From: Microcoleus sp. AS-A8
Lineage (GTDB): Bacteria; Cyanobacteriota; Cyanobacteriia; Cyanobacteriales; Coleofasciculaceae
Direction: 5' to 3'
Assembly (NCBI GenBank): GCA_039962225.1
Contig: JAMPKV010000010.1
Location: 265,924-329,923, forward strand
Length of the DNA: 64,000 nt
Made by a program: the position numbers and the translations under genes. Position 1 is the stretch's first letter. The number at the start of each line of letters is the position of its first letter. Below the pieces are notes generated by a model. It had not been told where the DNA came from and made no database searches. It saw nothing but the letters and a program-made list of their open reading frames with translations. Shown here one piece after another: positions 59,026 through 64,000 of the stretch.

Positions 59026-60039
59026 ATGTCTTTTCAAATTGAGCGCGGACTCTTCAAGTTTGATTTCAACGACCATCACGCCGTTATCGGTGTTCCGGTT
59101 GATGCGGATGTTAAAGAAGTCCGCAAGCGATATCTCAAGATTGCTAGAAAACTACATCCTGACAGCTGCAAAGCGGCAAGCGATAGCGAAAAGAAGTTAG
59201 CCAATCAACTGTTATCCAAACTCGTGAATCCAGCCTACGAACAGCTGTCTCAGGGGAATAATCGGGATTACTTGGTGAGTCTAGGCCACATGGGGAGACG
59301 TTTAGCGGCAGAAGGGGCTAAAATTCCCCTTGCGAGCGCCTCAGCCAAACAATTATTCCAGTCAGGTGCCAATTTAGACAACGCTTACAAAAGCGTATTA
59401 CAAAAGCTAGCCACAACACAATACGATTCCCTTGACCAAGTCTTAGATAAAATTGCTGAAATCAGTGAACTGAATATGGTTTACCTAATGCTGAGCAAGG
59501 GTGAACTCCAAAAACCCACCGATAGAAGACCGGGGGCTCCAATGGGTCCGGGAGCCGGCCCAAAAGGCGGTCAGCCAGCTACTCCAGGCCGGAACCCAGG
59601 TCCTAACGCTCCGACACCACCTGGAACACCGGCACGCCCTATTAGTCCGCTACCTGATTCGGGAGTCACGAGATCGGCTGAGTATGTTCGGCGAGCAGAA
59701 GGCTACATGGCAAAGAACAATTTTGCCGCCGCTGTTCTGGAGTTGCGTGAGGCACTCAAGCTAGATCCAAACAATAGTCGCTGCCATAGCTTACTAGGAG
59801 CCTCTTTTTTGAAGCAAAATCAGGCGACAATGGCAAAAGTTCACCTTAATAAAGCCTTGCAACTGAATCCCAACGATGAGTTGGCTTTGAAGGGCAAAAA
59901 GCATCTCGATGCCCTTCAGAACACCAACGGGGGTCAAAAACCGACTCCTCAACCAACTCCGGGCACACAGTCCGATCAATCGGGGAAATCGCGTGGCGGT
60001 GGCTTATTTGGTGGTTTATTTGGCGGTAAGAAAAAGTAG
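59026..60039 (+). CDS. J-domain (DnaJ-like) protein with C-terminal TPR repeats
   Basis: KRYLKIARKLHPD contains the HPD tripeptide. A Pro/Gly-rich linker follows, and then TPR units (AAAVLELREALKLDPNNSRCHSLLGASFLKQNQATMAKVHLNKALQLNPND). Confidence 0.75.
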   Translation: MSFQIERGLFKFDFNDHHAVIGVPVDADVKEVRKRYLKIARKLHPDSCKAASDSEKKLANQLLSKLVNPAYEQLSQGNNRDYLVSLGHMGRRLAAEGAKIPLASASAKQLFQSGANLDNAYKSVLQKLATTQYDSLDQVLDKIAEISELNMVYLMLSKGELQKPTDRRPGAPMGPGAGPKGGQPATPGRNPGPNAPTPPGTPARPISPLPDSGVTRSAEYVRRAEGYMAKNNFAAAVLELREALKLDPNNSRCHSLLGASFLKQNQATMAKVHLNKALQLNPNDELALKGKKHLDALQNTNGGQKPTPQPTPGTQSDQSGKSRGGGLFGGLFGGKKK

Positions 60040-60047
60040 AAAAATTA

Positions 60048-61283
60048 ATGGTTCATCAACCACCGGCGGGTGCACGAGATTTGTTGCCCCTTGAAGTGAC
60101 ACAAAAACGTTGGATTGCCGAGCGCTTACAGCAGGTATTTCACCGCTGGGGATATCACCAGATTATTACATCGACCTTGGAGTGGTTAGATACTCTGATG
60201 GCAGGCGGGGCAATTCAGCGTTCAACTGTCATTCAGTTACAGGATGCTGAGGCGGGGACATTGGGACTGCGCCCGGAACTCACAGCTTCAATTGCACGGG
60301 CTTTTGCCACACGAATCGCAGGGAGTACTACTGAGGCAACCCTATCCTTACCACAACGACTCTACTACAATGCTAATGTGTTCCGCCAACCGCCCATGGG
60401 TCACCACGGACGTCAACTGGAATTCTACCAGTCAGGGGTTGAACTTCTGGGAGCTGGCGGACTATTGGCAGATGCAGAAATTCTGCTGTTGCTTGCGGAT
60501 TCGCTGAATCAGCTCGGTTTGCAACAGTGGCACTTGATTTTAGGGGAAGCGGGGTTAACGCGATCGCTCTTTTCTCCCTTCCCCGCGTCAGTGCAAGACA
60601 AAGTGCGAAAAGCGATCGCTCATCTGGATCGTGTCTCTCTAGAAACTCTACCCCTTTCCCCGGAATTACGAGAACGGGCGCTGTTTCTGTTTGATCTGCG
60701 GGGACGCCCTACGGATGTTTTACAAAAAGTGGCTAGTCTGGATTTAGACGCATCAGAACGCCAAATTGTGGAGCAGCTCAAAGCCCTGATTGAACTTTTA
60801 GAGCAATCTTCTCCCACTCCCTTGCCACTCATGCTCGACCTCAGCTTAGTTCAAACCTTTGAGTATTACACGGGTATTGTGTTTGAGGTGGTGAGTGACA
60901 GCAATACTAGTCAGCGAGTTTTGGGTCAAGGGGGTCGTTATGACCAACTCCTGGGGCTGTATCATCCTCAGAAAGAAACCTACCCAGGAATTGGTTTTTG
61001 CCTCAATATTGAAGACCTTCACTATGTTTTACTTTCAGGGAGTCAGCTACCCAGACAAACACCCGCTAGTGACTGGTTAGTGGTTCCGGAGACGCCCCAG
61101 TCTGAGGCTGCTGCTTTTGCTTATGCCCAAAAGCTTAGAGAATCTGAGCATTTAGTGCGCGTGGAGATTGATTTAGGACAACGCTCACCTACAGATATTC
61201 GGGAGTACGCCCGTCGCCACCGGATTACTTATTTGGCATGGATTCAAGCAGATGGCAGACCGATGATTGAGACGTTAAGTTAG
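60048..61283 (+). CDS. hisZ: ATP phosphoribosyltransferase regulatory subunit (HisRS paralogue)
   Basis: PAGARDLLPLEVTQKRWIAERLQQVFHRWGYHQIITSTLEWLDTL fits the HisZ N-terminal consensus. Class-II aaRS-like core without an anticodon-binding domain. 411 aa. Confidence 0.8.
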   Translation: MVHQPPAGARDLLPLEVTQKRWIAERLQQVFHRWGYHQIITSTLEWLDTLMAGGAIQRSTVIQLQDAEAGTLGLRPELTASIARAFATRIAGSTTEATLSLPQRLYYNANVFRQPPMGHHGRQLEFYQSGVELLGAGGLLADAEILLLLADSLNQLGLQQWHLILGEAGLTRSLFSPFPASVQDKVRKAIAHLDRVSLETLPLSPELRERALFLFDLRGRPTDVLQKVASLDLDASERQIVEQLKALIELLEQSSPTPLPLMLDLSLVQTFEYYTGIVFEVVSDSNTSQRVLGQGGRYDQLLGLYHPQKETYPGIGFCLNIEDLHYVLLSGSQLPRQTPASDWLVVPETPQSEAAAFAYAQKLRESEHLVRVEIDLGQRSPTDIREYARRHRITYLAWIQADGRPMIETLS

Positions 61284-61367
61284 GGAGGGACAACGCTAGC
61301 CAGATATCCACCAAATCTATAGTTTTAGGTTAATCTTGGTAGCGTCGAAACAGTAGACTAAATTTAC

Positions 61368-61625
61368 TTGTTTGATCCGATTGATAAGAGAGAAAACACT
61401 GTGCCACACACGATAGTTACTAATACTTGTGAAGGTATAGCCGATTGCGTTGATGCTTGCCCCGTTGCTTGTATCCACGAAGGGCCCGGAAAAAATGTCA
61501 AGGGTACAAACTGGTACTGGATTGACTTTGCCACCTGTATTGACTGCGGCATCTGCATCCAAGTCTGCCCGGTAGAAGGCGCGATCGTGCCGGAAGAACG
61601 CCCAGATCTGCAAGAGACTCCTTAA
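61368..61625 (+). CDS. 2[4Fe-4S] ferredoxin
   Basis: CEGIADCVDACPVACIH and CIDCGICIQVCP are two CxxCxxCxxxCP motifs. The ORF-track start is TTG. A GTG at 61401 is an alternative start. Confidence 0.7.
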   Translation: MFDPIDKRENTVPHTIVTNTCEGIADCVDACPVACIHEGPGKNVKGTNWYWIDFATCIDCGICIQVCPVEGAIVPEERPDLQETP

Positions 61626-62368
61626 AGAACATTACAAATGCTTGCTGCCACAGAGGTGATGGTGACAGTGCTTGTGGCAGCGTTACCGTTGGTATTCCCC
61701 AATAGGGCTTCTAACTGGATAGTTTACATACCTTCTACCAAACTCATTTACCATAGCTAGTCAGTCGTGTGCAATATATTGTATTCACCCTGTTGCTCGT
61801 AAGACTTCAATAGGAATAAAACTGTTTTAACCTGCTCCAGAAGTGCTGTAACCAACGCCAAAACGGGGAGTAATTCTTAAATCTGCCCCTCTTTGATTGG
61901 TGAGGGTGTATCAGTTTCAGCAGAGAGTGTCTGTGCGATAGCTGGGAATGCTAAGCTAAAAGCAAAGAGCAGACTAGTACAGAGTCGATGCACTACTTTG
62001 TTCATGGGCGTATTTATCCCGATAGATAACTTTGATGGCTCATATCGTAGCCTTGCTGTTTGCTTGGTGTGTCAAAAATGATTGTTAACACACCGCTCAA
62101 ATGATCAAGGATGGATCAAAAGGAGAAAGCGATCGCCTTGCTGAACATGCAGAACGCATTAATAGGGTCTGACTATAGGGATGCCTGGGGTAAAGATCGC
62201 GAACCTCCCGTGGTCGGCGCTTCACTCACGCTTGGATGACTTCAGAACTGGATTTGTTGAACAAGCCAAAAGTTAGAGAATTGACTTGTCAGCCAATATT
62301 CTGCATTAAGGCGACGTTAGACAATAGAAGAGGGCAAAATAAATACTAAGCTTGCATCTTCCTTCACT

Positions 62369-63805
62369 ATGAGCTACTGCCTCAACCTCGACTGTCCCAA
62401 GCCCCAAAATCCTGATGATGCAAAGTTTTGCTTAACTTGTGGCACTAAATTACTTTTGAAAGACCGCTACCGGGCGACCAAACCTCTGGGTCGAGGTGGA
62501 TATAGTAGAACTTTTGCTGCACTCGATCAAGACCGCCTCAACCATCCTTGTGTGATTAAGCTCTTTATGATGCCACCCGATCAAGATCGGAAGGCAACAG
62601 AATTGTTTAATCAAGAAGCTGTGCGGCTATATGAACTAGGTAAACACGCTCAAATTCCCGAATTTTATGCCCATTTTGAACAAAATAATCGTCTGTATTT
62701 GGTACAAGAATTTATTGACGGGCAGACCTTATTCGATGAATTAGAAGATAGAGTTACAGCTGAAGGCACCCTATATCAAGAGAGCGAAATTCAGGATATT
62801 TTAAACGATCTGCTCCCTGTTCTCCACTTTATTCATCAGCAAGGAGTAATTCACAGGGATATCAAGCCAGCCAATATTATACGCCGTCGCCGTGACAGCA
62901 GACTGATATTGATTGATTTTGGAGTGGCTAAACAAGCAACAGTCAAAGCGTTTGTTGAACAAGGAACAATGATTGGCACTCTTGGATATGCACCAGCGGA
63001 ACAACTTCAGTTTGGCGAAGCCTATCCTGCCAGCGATTTATATGCACTAGGGGCAACTTGCATTCATTTGTTAACAGGAATACAGCCTTTTAACCTTTAC
63101 AATTCTTTTGCTGGCTGTTGGTCATGGCGAAAAAATATGCCATCTGCTACAACAATTAGCCCTAAGCTAGAAGATATTTTAAATAAGCTGCTCCAAGTTT
63201 TGGTGAAAGACCGCTATCAAACGGTTCATGAGGTGTTAAAAGATTTGAATCCTTTTTATGCGACTTCGGATTCTTGTACGTTCACTTTCCCAAGTCAGCT
63301 TGATATAACCTTAGAATCAGAAAAAGGTATTGATTACAGGAGATTGCAAGATTTACTCGCCGAACATAATTGGAAAGAAGCTGATCAAGAAACTCGTGAA
63401 AAGATGCTAGAAGTTATGGGGCAAAAGCAGCGAGGTTATCTGGATAATGAAGATATTGAAAAGTTTCCCTGTAAAGATTTCCGCACGATTGATCGGCTGT
63501 GGTTACATTATAGTAATAAGCACTTTGGTTTCAGTGTGCAAAAGCAAATTTGGCTTGAGGAAGGTGGCAAGCCCGGAGTCTATAACTTAATAGCTTATGA
63601 AAAGTTTGGAGAGCGCGTTGGCTGGCGAGTAAGTCATAACTGGAAATTATATTCAGAACTGACTTTTCATTCAAATATGCTTGCTGGACATCTTCCCTTA
63701 GGGCTAAGTATAGGATGGGGTGATGGAGCCATTGAATTAGTAGGGGTAGAGGGTGCTGTTGAGGTTGATTGTCTTTTCTCGCGTGTGGATAGTTGTGAAT
63801 TATAA
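62369..63805 (+). CDS. Ser/Thr protein kinase with N-terminal zinc ribbon and C-terminal GUN4-like domain
   Basis: CLNLDCPKPQNPDDAKFCLTCG, HRDIKPANI, DFG. The C-terminal ~170 aa (…DRLWLHYSNKHFGFSVQKQIW…GHLPLGLSIGWGDG) resembles the GUN4 N-terminal-like domain often fused to cyanobacterial kinases. Confidence 0.8.
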   Translation: MSYCLNLDCPKPQNPDDAKFCLTCGTKLLLKDRYRATKPLGRGGYSRTFAALDQDRLNHPCVIKLFMMPPDQDRKATELFNQEAVRLYELGKHAQIPEFYAHFEQNNRLYLVQEFIDGQTLFDELEDRVTAEGTLYQESEIQDILNDLLPVLHFIHQQGVIHRDIKPANIIRRRRDSRLILIDFGVAKQATVKAFVEQGTMIGTLGYAPAEQLQFGEAYPASDLYALGATCIHLLTGIQPFNLYNSFAGCWSWRKNMPSATTISPKLEDILNKLLQVLVKDRYQTVHEVLKDLNPFYATSDSCTFTFPSQLDITLESEKGIDYRRLQDLLAEHNWKEADQETREKMLEVMGQKQRGYLDNEDIEKFPCKDFRTIDRLWLHYSNKHFGFSVQKQIWLEEGGKPGVYNLIAYEKFGERVGWRVSHNWKLYSELTFHSNMLAGHLPLGLSIGWGDGAIELVGVEGAVEVDCLFSRVDSCEL

Positions 63806-63844
63806 GTTTTAGAAACTCCTAGTTTGCTACAGCCAGGGTAAATC

Positions 63845-63886
63845 TAACCAAACAAAAGCCTCTTGCTCGATGTGGAGAAAGAGGCT
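63845..63886 (-). terminator. Intrinsic terminator downstream of the 5S rRNA (minus strand)
   Basis: Minus-strand read: AGCCTCTT-(14-nt loop)-AAGAGGCT followed by TTTTGTTTGGTT. Confidence 0.5.
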
Positions 63887-63900
63887 GTTGTGTGATGAAT

Positions 63901-64000
63901 GACCTGGCATCGAGCTATTGTCCCGTGGGGTGACCCCCAAAGTATCTTGGCCGCTGCAACGTTTCACCTCCGAGTTCGGGATGGAGTCGGTGTGGTTCCA
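63901..64000 (-). rRNA. rrf: 5S ribosomal RNA, 3' ~100 nt (5' end beyond window). End of an rrn operon transcribed on the minus strand.
   Basis: The minus strand reads ...GGAACCACACCGACTCCATCCCGAACTCGGAGGTGAAACGTTGCAGCGGCCAAGATACTTTGGGGGTCACCCCACGGGACAATAGCTCGATGCCAGGTC. This matches the bacterial 5S consensus (CCCATCCCGAACTC...GTGAAAC...AATAGCTCGA.GCCAGG). Confidence 0.85.

Overview
The window is a 64-kb stretch of cyanobacterial chromosome. Evidence for that assignment: the HIP1 octamer GCGATCGC recurs dozens of times, and ycf3, ndhD, GUN4-domain and WD40 Ser/Thr kinases and heptanucleotide tandem repeats (STRR-like) are all present. I can support about 45 protein genes, one tRNA-Ser(GGA) and the 3' end of a 5S rRNA at the very end of the window.

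Housekeeping genes:
- ndhD (truncated at the window start)
- gatC, ycf3
- proB, mltG
- eno, gloA
- miaB, hisZ
- an inositol monophosphatase (IMPase)
- a 2Fe-2S and a 2[4Fe-4S] ferredoxin
- an apocarotenoid oxygenase followed by two SDRs and a flavin monooxygenase

Accessory-looking content:
(1) A tandem cassette at 18.4-28.9 kb. Two giant secreted repeat proteins are encoded (1630 and 1257 aa). Both carry cadherin-like VNDAP modules and C-terminal RTX GGxGxD nonapeptides. One has a DUF4347 plus beta-helix N-terminus. Each sits behind its own copy of a roughly 650-bp leader. The leader contains a low-GC module with repeated ATGTACGAACTT..TATATYGAC motifs, a putative TTGACA promoter, a conserved 66-codon ORF and a T8 tract 43 nt before the start codon. 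Repeat modules are near-identical between the two genes (gene conversion), and a 408-bp segment is tandemly duplicated inside the first gene. No type I secretion machinery is present in the window.
(2) A low-GC gene for an AAA_35-type NTPase with a helix-turn-helix-like N-terminus lies immediately downstream of the cassette.
(3) Two adjacent paralogous hybrid histidine kinase genes are both disrupted. One has a -1 frameshift in a T8/A8 homopolymer and a chimeric C-terminus. The other has an in-frame CAA to TAA nonsense codon.
(4) Two membrane-associated HSR1-like GTPases are present, one followed by a small RHH-like ORF.
(5) Intergenic regions are rich in repeats and hairpins. There is a 12-copy GGTTGAA/GGTTGGA array between ycf3 and gatC. 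A CCCACG/CGTGGG hairpin family and a CTGCCTTCTGCC family are dispersed. There is a 13-bp-arm perfect palindrome.
(6) A GH13 glycosidase C-terminal remnant is present.

I found no CRISPR array, transposase, integrase, reverse transcriptase or obvious toxin gene. The most interesting candidate for a previously undescribed system is the duplicated leader plus giant RTX/cadherin protein cassette with its neighbouring NTPase. This is my interpretation and needs homology searches and expression data.
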